Source: an uncultured Clostridia bacterium (GTDB taxonomy: Bacteria > Bacillota > Clostridia > Oscillospirales > UMGS1783). Taken from it: 64,000 nt of DNA. Below the pieces are notes generated by a model. That model was not told the DNA's origin. It ran no database searches and worked only from the letters and a program-made list of their open reading frames with translations. The translations under genes and the position numbers were made by a program. Within the stretch, counting starts at the first letter, position 1; each line of letters opens with the position of its first letter. The stretch is taken from positions 128,852 to 192,851 of the forward strand of contig CALKPL010000025.1 in assembly GCA_937991645.1 (NCBI GenBank), given 5' to 3'. Shown here one piece after another: positions 28,395 to 38,405 of the stretch.

Positions 28395-28429
28395 CCCAAA
28401 AGACGGCGCCGCAGTTTTCTGCGGCGCCG
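28395..28429 (-). terminator. rho-independent terminator after dpaB
   Basis: 11-bp GC stem CGGCGCCGCAG/CTGCGGCGCCG with a TTTT loop, followed on the minus strand by TCTTTT. Confidence 0.7.
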
Positions 28430-28434
28430 GCCTA

Positions 28435-29010
28435 TTATTCGATAATCGGTTGTAATTGCACACCTTTGAGTGCCGCAGTAGTCGTCTGCAGGATCTTATC
28501 CATATTCGCCACAAGTGAAGTAGGCTTTCCGGCGGGATCGTCCTGGCTGTAAGGGACAAAATATATGTTCTTGGTATTGAGCAGTGTTCCGATATTTCTG
28601 CTGCTGGCAGCCAGCCCGTCGTTTGTAGAAAGCGCGAGTACGACAGGCCGTCTGTTGCGCAGATGGGCTTTCACAGCCATGGTGACGCTGGTATCCGTGA
28701 TGCCGCAGGCCAGCTTTCCCAGCGTATTGCCGGTGCAGGGGGCTACGACAATAACGTCCAGCAGCTTCTTCGGGCCGATGGGTTCCGCGTCTTTTATAGT
28801 ATGGATTACCGGGCGGCCAGTCATGCTTTCCAAAGCTGCTACAAACTCTTTCGCCGTGCCGAAGCGGGTGTCGGTCGTATAAGCTGTTTCAGACATAATC
28901 GGCCATATATCAAAACCTGCGTCCAGCAAACGCTGGACCTGCGGTATTACTGCTTTGAATGTGCAAAACGAACCGCACAGAGCAAACCCGGCGGTTCTTT
29001 TATCGCTCAT
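28435..29010 (-). CDS. dpaB: dipicolinate synthase subunit B
   Basis: Flavoprotein-like FALCGSFCTF..., PIMS and APCTGNTLGKLA motifs. ATG 29010 (MSDKR) follows a GAGGAGGA SD, adjacent to the dpaA stop. Confidence 0.85.
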   Translation of the reverse strand: MSDKRTAGFALCGSFCTFKAVIPQVQRLLDAGFDIWPIMSETAYTTDTRFGTAKEFVAALESMTGRPVIHTIKDAEPIGPKKLLDVIVVAPCTGNTLGKLACGITDTSVTMAVKAHLRNRRPVVLALSTNDGLAASSRNIGTLLNTKNIYFVPYSQDDPAGKPTSLVANMDKILQTTTAALKGVQLQPIIE

Positions 29011-29012
29011 CC

Positions 29013-29888
29013 TCATTCCTCCTCGTTTATTATATTGAATATGGCGGTTTTGATGATTTCGCCGGAGGTTACAGGCGCGACCTTCCCGGGCAGGGAAAGG
29101 GCCCAAATTACCTTCAGATTCAGCATCGCGGCTGCGTTGAAATCAATCCCGCCCGGTTTGGAGGCAAGGTCGATCAGCAGCGTATTCGCCGGAATCTGTT
29201 CGAGGACATGCGCGTCAAACAGCAGGGTGGGGATGGTATTGATAATGGCGTCATAGCGTCCGACCAGATTTTCTCGCCGTAGAATCTGCAGCGGTTTATA
29301 TCCGTTCGCCTTGATCCAGGCAAGCGACTCTACGCTGCGGGCGGCGACAGCTACGTCTGCGCCGAGGGCTGCAAGGCGCTGCGCGAGAATTTTTCCAATT
29401 CTGCCATAGCCGGTAATCAGGCACTTGCTGCGTTGGATGGTAATCGGCAGTTCTTCCATCATAATCTGGATCGTTCCCTCAGCAGTCGGCACGGCGTTTT
29501 CCACGGCGAGTTCCTCGCGCAGGAAATAGTCGACGGCCTTACAGCCTTTTTGCAGCGCGGCCGCATAGACGGACGCGTTGAGTTTGCCGCCCACAAGCAG
29601 CTGATTTGGCTGCAGGGAAGCGTACAGCTCCTCCAGCGTCATCAGTGTGTCCGCATATGGCGCTGTAATAAGTAAGTCGTCAGAGCTGTAGGGAAGCCCC
29701 AGTATAACGCAGTCGGAATTCCGGACCGCTGTTTCCAGGTCTGAGCATATTACGGTATTGTCAAAATCCTCTTCACAATTTTCAAAGCCACATATGTTCA
29801 CTCTGTAATTCTCCGCAGCGAGCATTTGTATGAGCTTTACCTGTCGCATGTCGCCGCCGATAACGCCAAAAATATAATCCCTATCCAT
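29013..29888 (-). CDS. dpaA: dipicolinate synthase subunit A
   Basis: Begins FGVIGGDMRQ, with a Rossmann motif ITGYGRIGK. ATG 29888 follows a GGAGGA SD. Confidence 0.85.
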   Translation of the reverse strand: MDRDYIFGVIGGDMRQVKLIQMLAAENYRVNICGFENCEEDFDNTVICSDLETAVRNSDCVILGLPYSSDDLLITAPYADTLMTLEELYASLQPNQLLVGGKLNASVYAAALQKGCKAVDYFLREELAVENAVPTAEGTIQIMMEELPITIQRSKCLITGYGRIGKILAQRLAALGADVAVAARSVESLAWIKANGYKPLQILRRENLVGRYDAIINTIPTLLFDAHVLEQIPANTLLIDLASKPGGIDFNAAAMLNLKVIWALSLPGKVAPVTSGEIIKTAIFNIINEEE

Positions 29889-29917
29889 GTACCGGTCCTC
29901 CACATTCAATCTATTAT

Positions 29918-29944
29918 TATTGTATGACCGGCAGTATGAAGTGT
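29918..29944 (-). promoter_or_regulatory. possible sigma-K type promoter for dpaAB
   Basis: The minus strand reads AC-16 nt-CATACAATA, matching the AC/CATA---TA pattern. The B. subtilis spoVF operon is SigK-dependent. This is a weak motif-only call. Confidence 0.3.
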
Positions 29945-29958
29945 GCAAAGAGAATCCA

Positions 29959-29988
29959 TGAAAAAAGGCGCCGGAGAATCCGGCGCCT
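29959..29988 (-). terminator. rho-independent terminator after VanY-like gene
   Basis: 10-bp stem AGGCGCCGGA/TCCGGCGCCT followed on the minus strand by TTTTTT. Confidence 0.7.
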
Positions 29989-30008
29989 CAACTGGTTTTT
30001 GGTGCGTT

Positions 30009-30863
30009 TCAGCCCTCGTACAACTGCAGTAGATACTCTTCCATGCAAAGGCCGCTGTCCTTGATTTTCTGGGCCATTTCAACACCGACCCAACGCACGT
30101 GCCAGGGCTCGTATTTGATTTTTGTCACCGGCTCTTTATCCTTGGGATAACGAAGGATAAAGCCGTAGTCGGCCATATGTTCGTCCATCCAGCGGTACTC
30201 TTCCGTCTGGTCGTATTCCTGATACAGCGTTCCCGACGCATCGGTGATGTCCAGCGTAAGGCCGAGGTGGTGTTCACTGCTGCCCGGGTAAGCGATGCCG
30301 CGCGCCGTCGCCGCGATTGCATCTTCATGACTGAGGCCTTGATTCATTTGGCGCTCGACTTCATTGTTGAACAGTTTTTCCTGAAAAGTAAGCTCACGGT
30401 ACCCGGAAATGACGTTCAGATATATGCCGTCCGCCTCTGCGGCGTCCAGCATCTGTATCACGGTATCGTAAATACGGACGTCCACGCCGTTGTCCTTAAT
30501 GTAGTTCAATTCAAGCTTGAGGTCCTCGGAAATAGTGTACTCAGGGTTGAGTATCTGCGTCCACATATCCTCCAGCGGGATATCGCTCGGGATTACGCGC
30601 GGCACGCCCGGTTCGCCGAGATAGGCGAGCGGATTTTCCGCGGAGTACGGGGCGGGCGTGGAAGAAGATGCGGATGCGGAAGAGGATGCGGAAGCTGTTT
30701 CGGTTGCGGATGAACTTTGGCTTGTAGTTGACGAACTGTTCATGTTACTTTCTTTCCTCGCTTCAATTACAAAATATCCAATCGTGACTCCCACGAGTAC
30801 GAGCACGATAAAGGTGAGCGAAACGACGAACCAGATATTCGGCTGTTTTCTGCTACGGGACAT
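30009..30863 (-). CDS. membrane-anchored D-alanyl-D-alanine carboxypeptidase (VanY / peptidase M15B family)
   Basis: N-terminal TM segment, a Ser/Ala-rich linker, then SEHHLGLTLD and EPWHVRWVG zinc-peptidase motifs. Confidence 0.85.
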   Translation of the reverse strand: MSRSRKQPNIWFVVSLTFIVLVLVGVTIGYFVIEARKESNMNSSSTTSQSSSATETASASSSASASSSTPAPYSAENPLAYLGEPGVPRVIPSDIPLEDMWTQILNPEYTISEDLKLELNYIKDNGVDVRIYDTVIQMLDAAEADGIYLNVISGYRELTFQEKLFNNEVERQMNQGLSHEDAIAATARGIAYPGSSEHHLGLTLDITDASGTLYQEYDQTEEYRWMDEHMADYGFILRYPKDKEPVTKIKYEPWHVRWVGVEMAQKIKDSGLCMEEYLLQLYEG

Positions 30864-30865
30864 GT

Positions 30866-31369
30866 TTATTCCTCCAGCAATGCGAGAATGCGTTCAATGA
30901 TGAGTTCGGGGGACAGCCCCGCCGCTGAAACGGTTCGGTCTGCATATTTGAGGTATAACGGCTGCCTGTGCAGATAGAGGTCGTACAGCGTCTCGTTTTT
31001 GGCCTGCACAACGCCGCGCGTACTGATATTCTTCAGGCGTTTTTCCAGCTCAGGGAACGGCACGTCGATATAAAAGACGGAACTGATCTCGCGCAAGTGC
31101 CGCATGCCCGCGTCGCTGTATACGGCGCTCCCGCCCGTAGCCACCACGGTATGCCGGGCGCTGAATCCCAGCAGCGTCCGCTCTTCCATCTCTTTAAAAC
31201 GGTCCAGGCCGTTTTGGCGCAGAAGCACATGCAGCACGTCGCCGTATTGACGCTGCATCAGCAGGTCGGTATCGACAAAGTCATAACCCATTGTTTTTGC
31301 AAGCAGAACGCCGATGGTGCTTTTCCCGGCGCCAGGCATGCCAATAAGCGTAATGTTTTCCCTGTTCAT
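30866..31369 (-). CDS. aroK: shikimate kinase
   Basis: Walker A LIGMPGAGKSTIG, with typical length and layout. Confidence 0.9.
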   Translation of the reverse strand: MNRENITLIGMPGAGKSTIGVLLAKTMGYDFVDTDLLMQRQYGDVLHVLLRQNGLDRFKEMEERTLLGFSARHTVVATGGSAVYSDAGMRHLREISSVFYIDVPFPELEKRLKNISTRGVVQAKNETLYDLYLHRQPLYLKYADRTVSAAGLSPELIIERILALLEE

Positions 31370-33954
31370 GAGCCGGAGAAGATGGAGATGAACAGAGCGG
31401 GAAGTATCCAGAGGCAGTGGAAAAACAACATCTTTACAGGCGCAAACACCGTAGCCGTATTCTGCGTCAGCACAGTGAGCGCAAGGAATACGACAGCGCC
31501 CAGCAACAGCGCGACTGTCCGGATAATCACCGAGGCCTTTACGGAGGTAATGAGCCTGCGGCAGTTGGCGAGCGCGGCGGTAATTCCGCCCGCGCCGGTA
31601 ATAGAATAGATTCCAGCCGGGTATTTGTCTTTGACCTCGTCGTGATGGTACAGGCGCTCAAATTCCTCTTTGTTCGCAATCTTGAAGTTGTGCGGGTCTG
31701 CGTCGTACAGTTCGGCCAGAAGGTCGGAGGTAATGTTGTAGTCCCGGGTCAGTATCATCATTTCAAAGTGGTCGGGGTTAATCTTGCGCAGGTTGTTGTA
31801 AATCATTTTGTTAGGTTTATAGGAGATCGAGAACACAGCCATTAGCTTGTAGCTGTCCGCAAACATAATGACCTGCCTGCCTGCGCGGCGGTATTTCTCC
31901 TCCAAATCCACCGTCGGCAGCTTGATGCCGCAGTCGATGAGATACTGGCTGCTGCCCACAAAGTACTTGGTGTTGTTGATGACGCCGGAATACCCTTTGC
32001 CGGGCACCCAATCAAAGTCCCGGACAGGCATGAGCATTTCATGCTTGTTATCCAAAATGCTGAGGAACGCGCCCGCGACCGGGCTGCCGCTTGCATGAAT
32101 GAGTGACGCGCTGTTGATGATCACGTCGTTGATTTTGTCGTTGCCATTGATCTTCATGGAGTGCACGACGATATTCTCCGGACGGAACAGGTCGTTGTCG
32201 CACACAACGAGCGTCGAAGTCTTGGAGAAGGACTGCGCTTTGGAATAGCTGACAACGGCGCTGCCGCTGCGGCGGATTCTGCCGGATACGGCGCGCAGGG
32301 GCAGGGAGTAGGCTATATCATAGCAGAACGGCGCGATCATGCAGAGCGCTGCGGCAAAAGTCGGGAATACCGCCGCCGCGCCGCCGGTCAGCGCGCTGAC
32401 GACCACGGCGATCACCATCAGGCAGACAGCGGCCAGAATACTGTATTTGGAGAGGGTGTCGGCAAAGTTATTATCGAACGAGTTGTTGAGAAAACGGGTA
32501 ATAAGGGACACGGGCCGGCAGGAGGAAACCTTCTGTTTGTTGGAGTACAACTCTTTGAGCGAGTACCCGCCCGGGATGTCCACACACGCCGCCTTGGGCG
32601 CGTCAAAAGCGAGTATTTCAAAGTTTTTATATACGTTTTTGTAGTATATATGCTTACCGACCAGCACAAACACAATGGACAGGGCGGAGACAAAACTGTA
32701 CATCGCCGTAATCTGCGGCGTCGTCACCATGACGTATATGCAATGCGCAACTGTTCCGAGCCATGCGAGAGCGGATAGGGACGAACCGGTAGGCTGCAAC
32801 GTAAACAGTCCTGCAATGCCGCGGAAAATAATATTGTAGTTGATGATTCCGATAATAAGCAGCAGTGCCAGATTTGCGACAGCATAGTTAAACGGGTTGT
32901 CGATGCTGACCGCAGAGATTACGCTTCCGGTAAACGCCGGGAACAGGTTGAGCAGCGCAAGGGGGATCGCCAGTATCGCAGTAATGATCGCCTTGGTGGC
33001 GGACAGGCTCGTCTGGTAGAGCAGGTCCTGCTCGATTTCCGGTATGTCCTCGACTTCGTAAATATCTTCTATGCTCTCGTCATAAACTTCCGGTATTACC
33101 TCTGCGCTTTCCGCCGTTTTTCTCGCGCGTTTTTTCTTGCCGCCCGTTCCGGTCTGTTTGGTCAGCCCGTTTACAGAGGATGTGTCATACTGGAAAGTGG
33201 CGTCGGAAGCGAAGAAATTGCCTATTTTATTGAAAAGGGCCTGTTGTTCTTTGCTGATGGAAGGTTTCGGCACGGCTGTCTTTTCCATTACTTTCGAATT
33301 TTGTTTTTTCACGGCCGGCTCCGGGAATTTTGCCGCGGTGGCCTCTCGTACGGCGGCAAGGTCTATATAGCCGCTGCGCATTTTAAAATTCTCTTCTTCA
33401 TCCTCAGTCAGGATCACGGGCAGATTCGACATCGCCTCCTGCACCTCGGCTGTAATCGGCGCGGCGCCAGCGCTGGCGTGCGCCTGTTTTTCGCGTTTGC
33501 TGTTGATGCTGCTCGCAAACAGAGCGGCAATGCTGAGGTCGCCCTGTTCACCTTCCGCCGGTTCGGACGCCGGTTCACCGTCCGCTGCCTGCGCGGGCTT
33601 GCCGGATTCCGGCTGCTGGCCGAACAGAACGGATATATCTTTGTCTGCAGCGGGTGTTTCCGTTGCCTTATGTACCTGTGCAGGTGCGTGCTGCGCGCGT
33701 CTGACATGTGCAGCCTCTGTCGTTTCCGGCGCGGCCTTGGCCGTAGCAGCAGCCGGCGCTGCTTCCTGCGCAGTCCGGACGGGCGCTTTCTTTTCCGGCG
33801 CGCGATTGGGACGATCGGGAGATGCGTCGTCCAATACGCCGAACTCTTTTAAAATGTCGTCCAGCAAAAACTCGTCGGAGGACGATTTCTGGGTTTTGCC
33901 CGCGCCTGCGCCGATATCATTCAAGATCGAATCCAAAAAATCATGTTCTGCCAT
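31366..33954 (-). CDS. P-type ATPase-like membrane protein with degenerate catalytic motifs and ~300-aa disordered N-terminus
   Basis: 862 aa. The TM bundle plus cytoplasmic domain is collinear with P1B-ATPases. VVCDNDLF sits where DKTGT is expected, APFC where CPC is expected, and TGAGGITAALANC where GDGxNDxPAL is expected. ATGA overlap with aroK. Confidence 0.55.
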   Translation of the reverse strand: MAEHDFLDSILNDIGAGAGKTQKSSSDEFLLDDILKEFGVLDDASPDRPNRAPEKKAPVRTAQEAAPAAATAKAAPETTEAAHVRRAQHAPAQVHKATETPAADKDISVLFGQQPESGKPAQAADGEPASEPAEGEQGDLSIAALFASSINSKREKQAHASAGAAPITAEVQEAMSNLPVILTEDEEENFKMRSGYIDLAAVREATAAKFPEPAVKKQNSKVMEKTAVPKPSISKEQQALFNKIGNFFASDATFQYDTSSVNGLTKQTGTGGKKKRARKTAESAEVIPEVYDESIEDIYEVEDIPEIEQDLLYQTSLSATKAIITAILAIPLALLNLFPAFTGSVISAVSIDNPFNYAVANLALLLIIGIINYNIIFRGIAGLFTLQPTGSSLSALAWLGTVAHCIYVMVTTPQITAMYSFVSALSIVFVLVGKHIYYKNVYKNFEILAFDAPKAACVDIPGGYSLKELYSNKQKVSSCRPVSLITRFLNNSFDNNFADTLSKYSILAAVCLMVIAVVVSALTGGAAAVFPTFAAALCMIAPFCYDIAYSLPLRAVSGRIRRSGSAVVSYSKAQSFSKTSTLVVCDNDLFRPENIVVHSMKINGNDKINDVIINSASLIHASGSPVAGAFLSILDNKHEMLMPVRDFDWVPGKGYSGVINNTKYFVGSSQYLIDCGIKLPTVDLEEKYRRAGRQVIMFADSYKLMAVFSISYKPNKMIYNNLRKINPDHFEMMILTRDYNITSDLLAELYDADPHNFKIANKEEFERLYHHDEVKDKYPAGIYSITGAGGITAALANCRRLITSVKASVIIRTVALLLGAVVFLALTVLTQNTATVFAPVKMLFFHCLWILPALFISIFSGS

Positions 33955-34002
33955 AAATACAGGACCCCCAAGGTTTTATATTTATTAAAAAGATAATTGT
34001 AG

Positions 34003-34752
34003 TTACAAACTGCGCTGCCGCAGCGCTTCATAGAGGAGCACGCCGGCGGCTACGGATGCGTTCAGGGAACTGACGTTGCCGACCATGGGAATGCGCACGA
34101 GACGGTCGCACTTTTCGCGCACGAGTTTGTTGATCCCCGATCCCTCGTTTCCAATGACGAGGGCAAGCGGACCGCGCAGGTCGGTGTCCGTGTAGAGGTC
34201 GGCGCTACCGTCCGCCGCTCCGTAGACCCATATGCCGCTTTTTTTCAGCCCATCTATCGCAGCGGCAAGATTGGTTACACGGGCGATACGCATATGCTCC
34301 AGCGCGCCCGCGGAGGTCTTTGCCACAACAGAGGAAAGCGGGGCGCTTCGACGGGCGGGAACGATAATCCCGTGTACGCCGCAGCCTTCAGCAGACCGGA
34401 TGATGGCGCCGAAATTGTGCGGGTCCATAATCTCGGAGAGGATCAGCAGAAACGGCGGCTCTGCGCGTTGCTCGGCGCAGCGCAGAATATCGTCAACGCC
34501 GCAGTATTCCTTTTCGGCCGCGACAGCTGCGACGCCCTGGTGGGCTGCGCCTTCGCTCACACGGTCCAGGTATGCTTTCGTCGTATGTATCACGGGAATC
34601 CCGCGGTCTTTCGCAAGGGCGATCAGGCGCCGTATTTGTGGGCCTGACCGCTGCTCTTCCACATACAGCCTGTCCACAGGACAGCCGCTGGAGAGCAATT
34701 CCGTTGTAGGATTGACGCCGACGACATGCCGGGTCACGCGTTCTTCAGCCAT
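34003..34752 (-). CDS. rlmB: 23S rRNA (guanosine-2'-O)-methyltransferase, SpoU/TrmH family
   Basis: C-terminal SpoU motifs LVIGNEGSGI and IPM.G.V.SLNASVAAGVLLYE. The start is ATG 34752 or 34770. Confidence 0.85.
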   Translation of the reverse strand: MAEERVTRHVVGVNPTTELLSSGCPVDRLYVEEQRSGPQIRRLIALAKDRGIPVIHTTKAYLDRVSEGAAHQGVAAVAAEKEYCGVDDILRCAEQRAEPPFLLILSEIMDPHNFGAIIRSAEGCGVHGIIVPARRSAPLSSVVAKTSAGALEHMRIARVTNLAAAIDGLKKSGIWVYGAADGSADLYTDTDLRGPLALVIGNEGSGINKLVREKCDRLVRIPMVGNVSSLNASVAAGVLLYEALRQRSL

Positions 34753-34872
34753 TCGCTTTGCTCCTGTCAAATTTACTTCTTATTATACACTATTATTTTT
34801 AAAAAGGATAGCCAAAAGACGAAATTTCCTATAATTTGTAATTATTTTGTAACTCTTATGAAAAATAAGCGA

Positions 34873-34900
34873 TTGCAAGAATGATAAATTGTGGTATAAT
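34873..34900 (+). promoter_or_regulatory. sigma-A type promoter for polA
   Basis: TTGCAA (34873-78), 16 nt, TGgTATAAT extended -10 (34892-34900). Confidence 0.5.
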
Positions 34901-34985
34901 AACGATAGTGAATTCTATGCGATTCATACAAACGGTTGCGGTCCGCAGGAATGCATCAGTGGCCGTATTTTTCGGGAGAGCTTTC

Positions 34986-37511
34986 ATGAAATTTATGGTA
35001 TTTGACTCCAACAGCATACTCAATCGCTCGTTTTACGGAATGCCGCCGCTGACGACTGCGGACGGGCAGCCGACCGGGGCCGTATACGGTTTTCTGAATA
35101 TCGTGCTGGGGCTGATCGAAAAGGAGCGGCCGGACTGTGTTGCCGCCGCGTTCGATATGCGGGAAAAGACCTTTCGCCACATGAAGTACGACCAGTACAA
35201 AGCCACGCGCAAGGGTATGCCGGACGAGCTTGCAAGCCAGATGACGGTTGCAAAAGAGGCGCTGCAACTGCTGCGCATCCCGATTGTGGAGAAGCCGGGG
35301 TTTGAGGCCGACGACATTATCGGAACCTTTACCGACCGCTATTCACAGGACGGGCACGACTGCATCATCGTCACGGGGGACAGGGACTCGCTGCAGCTTA
35401 TCAACGACCGCACCAGTGTCTTTTTGTCGGTCAGCCGGCCGTCGGGAAGCGAGACGGTGGTCTACAACGCCTCCGCAGTCGTGGAGAAATACGGCGTTTC
35501 GCCAAAACAGATGATCGACGTAAAGGCGATCATGGGCGACACGTCGGACAACGTGCCCGGTGTTCCGGGAATTGGTGAGAAGGGCGCGCTTGCCCTGATC
35601 CAGCAGTTTGGCGGGCTGGACAATGTGTATGCGCATCTAGACGATCCCGCCATCAAACCCGGTCAGCGGAAAAAGCTGGAGGCGGGCCGGGAATCCGCTT
35701 ATCTATCCAGGGAACTTGTGACCATAAACACCAATGTGGATATCCCGCTGTCCATTTCCGATTATGTACTGCGGCAGCCGGATAAAGCCGCCCTGTATCA
35801 GCTGTTTAAGCAGCTCAACTTCAATTCTCTCATCAAGCGTCTGGATCTGTCTGCCAAAACGGCGGATACGACCGTCATCTCCGCCGAACCCGTAGATGGT
35901 CAGCGTCTGCTGCGGCTGGCGAAACAGGCGGGGGAAATAGCGTTTTACGAATCGGGGACGGACCTGTTCGTTTGCTGCGGGCAGACACTGTACCGGACTG
36001 ATCCGGACGACGCGCTTTACACCGCGCTGTTCAGCGATCCAGATATCGCAAAGGTCACCTATGATGCCAAGCCCTTCCTTGTCAGGCTTATGAAAAAGGG
36101 GATCGAATGCAAGGGCCTTTCCTTTGATCTGAAGATTGCAGCTTATGTGCTCAATCCATCCATGAGCTCCTATCCGCTCGGCAATATTCTGTACGAACAG
36201 TGCGCCGTGACGACGGAGGACGACGCGTCCATGTGCGCGCTGTTTCTGACTGCGCGGGACAGGATGGCGGCAAAAATCCGCGAAACAGAAATGGAGCAGC
36301 TTTACTACGATATAGAACTGCCGCTGATCCATGTGCTCGCGCGTATGGAATATGTCGGCTTTACGCTAGACCGCGAACAGCTTTCAAACTTTGGCAGCCA
36401 GCTTCGGGAACGGATTGAGGAGCTGACTGAAACAATATATTTTCATGCCGGCGAACCCTTCAACATCAACTCCACAAAACAGCTGGGCGATATCCTGTTC
36501 AACAAGCTCGGCCTGCCTGCGCTGTCCAAAACCAAAACAGGTTATTCCACAAACGCAGACGTGCTTGAGCGCCTGCGCGGCTATCATGAGATTATCGAGT
36601 GCATCCTCGAATACCGCCGTCTGACAAAGCTGAATTCCACCTATGTAGAGGGATTTATCGGCCTGATCGGGCCGGACGGGCGTATCCATTCTAGTTTTCA
36701 CCAGACCATTACGCAGACCGGCCGCATCTCTTCTTCGGAGCCGAATCTGCAGAATATCCCCGTGCGGCAGCCCATGGGCAGGCAGCTTCGCAAAATGTTC
36801 ACTGCCAAAAACGGCTGCGTGCTTGTAGACGCCGACTATTCGCAGATCGAACTTCGCGTGCTCGCGCACATCTCGGGGGACGAGCATATGCGCGAGGCGT
36901 TTCGGACCGATCAGGATATACACACGAAAACGGCGTCCGAGGTATTCGGCGTTCCGGTGGAAATGGTAACGCCGGAGATGCGTTCGCGCGCCAAGGCGGT
37001 CAATTTCGGGATCGTGTATGGCATATCGGACTTCTCTCTTGCGGCGGATATCAAAGTGCCGCGCAAGGAGGCGCGCCGGTATATTGACAACTATTTTGAT
37101 ACCTATAGGGACATTAAGCGGTATCTGGACGAAACGGTGCTGCACGCTCGTGAATGCGGTTATGTCACAACCATGTACGGCCGCCGCCGTTATATACCGG
37201 AACTTGCCGCACAGAACCACAATGTACGAAGCTTCGGGGAGCGCGTCGCCAAGAACACGCCCATCCAGGGCAGCGCCGCGGATATACTGAAAATTGCCAT
37301 GGTCCGGGTTATGCGCAGGCTTCGCCAGGAGGGGATGGCTTCGGAAATCATTCTGCAGGTGCACGACGAGCTGATTCTGGAGTGTCCGGAATCGGAGGCG
37401 ATCGACGCCGCTTTGATCCTGAAAGAGGAGATGGAAAAGGCGGGCGACCTCAGCATTCCCCTGAAAGTGGATATCGGTACCGGATACAGCTGGTACGACG
37501 CAAAGGAATAG
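34986..37511 (+). CDS. polA: DNA polymerase I
   Basis: 5' nuclease N-terminus (DNVPGVPGIGEK). Pol motifs A (DYSQIELRVLAH), B (RSRAKAVNFGIVYG) and C (QVHDEL). ATG 34986 is the likely start. Confidence 0.95.
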   Translation: MKFMVFDSNSILNRSFYGMPPLTTADGQPTGAVYGFLNIVLGLIEKERPDCVAAAFDMREKTFRHMKYDQYKATRKGMPDELASQMTVAKEALQLLRIPIVEKPGFEADDIIGTFTDRYSQDGHDCIIVTGDRDSLQLINDRTSVFLSVSRPSGSETVVYNASAVVEKYGVSPKQMIDVKAIMGDTSDNVPGVPGIGEKGALALIQQFGGLDNVYAHLDDPAIKPGQRKKLEAGRESAYLSRELVTINTNVDIPLSISDYVLRQPDKAALYQLFKQLNFNSLIKRLDLSAKTADTTVISAEPVDGQRLLRLAKQAGEIAFYESGTDLFVCCGQTLYRTDPDDALYTALFSDPDIAKVTYDAKPFLVRLMKKGIECKGLSFDLKIAAYVLNPSMSSYPLGNILYEQCAVTTEDDASMCALFLTARDRMAAKIRETEMEQLYYDIELPLIHVLARMEYVGFTLDREQLSNFGSQLRERIEELTETIYFHAGEPFNINSTKQLGDILFNKLGLPALSKTKTGYSTNADVLERLRGYHEIIECILEYRRLTKLNSTYVEGFIGLIGPDGRIHSSFHQTITQTGRISSSEPNLQNIPVRQPMGRQLRKMFTAKNGCVLVDADYSQIELRVLAHISGDEHMREAFRTDQDIHTKTASEVFGVPVEMVTPEMRSRAKAVNFGIVYGISDFSLAADIKVPRKEARRYIDNYFDTYRDIKRYLDETVLHARECGYVTTMYGRRRYIPELAAQNHNVRSFGERVAKNTPIQGSAADILKIAMVRVMRRLRQEGMASEIILQVHDELILECPESEAIDAALILKEEMEKAGDLSIPLKVDIGTGYSWYDAKE

Positions 37512-37519
37512 GAGAACAT

Positions 37520-37957
37520 ATGAAACGAGTTTTATTTGTATGCACGGGCAACACATGCCGCAGCCCGATGGCACAGGGGCTGATGAATCATCTTTCCAAT
37601 GAGAAAAAACTGGCGATCCAGGCGACGAGCGCGGGGCTTGCCGCAGATGGGGAGCCCATTGCCGAAAACGCGCTTGCCGCACTGCAGGAACTGGGTATCG
37701 ACATGTCCTACCACCGTTCCCGTACCCTGAATGAGAACGACATTGAAAACGCAAACGCGATATTCTGCATGACGCAGAGCCAGGTCATGGCGATCGTATC
37801 CATCTACCCGTCGAGCGCAGACCGGCTCTATTTGCTCGGCGAGGGAATCGACGACCCCTACGGCGGGAATTTGGAGATGTACCGCCGCTGCCGCGACAAG
37901 ATCCAGGCCGCCCTTCCCGAAGTACTGAAGGCGTTGGGAGAACAGTCCGATGCCTGA
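37520..37957 (+). CDS. low-molecular-weight protein tyrosine/arginine phosphatase
   Basis: P-loop VCTGNTCRSPMA at the N-terminus and a DDPYG motif. SD GGAGAA. Confidence 0.85.
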   Translation: MKRVLFVCTGNTCRSPMAQGLMNHLSNEKKLAIQATSAGLAADGEPIAENALAALQELGIDMSYHRSRTLNENDIENANAIFCMTQSQVMAIVSIYPSSADRLYLLGEGIDDPYGGNLEMYRRCRDKIQAALPEVLKALGEQSDA

Positions 37958-38405
37958 TTATGCAATCACGGCGGCGGCGCCTGGCGACGCGCCTGCCTGC
38001 GCCGCCATCGGCGCGCGCTGTTTTTCGCAGCCGTGGAGTGAAAAGGCGCTGCAGAGCGCTGCGGAGGACGGGAGCATCTTTCTTGTCGCGAAGTTGGATG
38101 GACGCGTCGCAGGCTATTTTCTGGCGCTGCATACGCTCGACGAGGGCCAGATTGTTGCCGTCGCAGTAGAGGAGAACCACCGCAGAAAGGGCGTGGGCGG
38201 ACAGCTGCTCTATGCGGCTGCCCACGAAGGCCTGCGCCGCGGCGTCGCGGCGTTTTATCTGGAAGTGCGCAGCGGGAATCACGCTGCGATTTCTTTGTAT
38301 GAAAAGGCGGGCTTTCATCGGGATGGAATCAGGCGCGGGTTTTACAGCCGGCCCAGGGAAGATGCCGTATTGATGAGTTTAAGACTACGGGAGAAAACGC
38401 TATGA
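37950..38405 (+). CDS. rimI: ribosomal-protein-alanine N-acetyltransferase
   Basis: GNAT motif RRKGVGGQLL. About 150 aa, in the position immediately upstream of tsaD. Confidence 0.85.
   Translation: MPDYAITAAAPGDAPACAAIGARCFSQPWSEKALQSAAEDGSIFLVAKLDGRVAGYFLALHTLDEGQIVAVAVEENHRRKGVGGQLLYAAAHEGLRRGVAAFYLEVRSGNHAAISLYEKAGFHRDGIRRGFYSRPREDAVLMSLRLREKTL

Noticed and set aside
28275-28434. SAM riboswitch or Met T-box upstream of metA.
   Set aside because: The region is fully accounted for by the dpaB terminator and a promoter with a ~30-nt leader. There is no SAM-I core and no T-box sequence (AGAGA...GGTGGTACCGCG).
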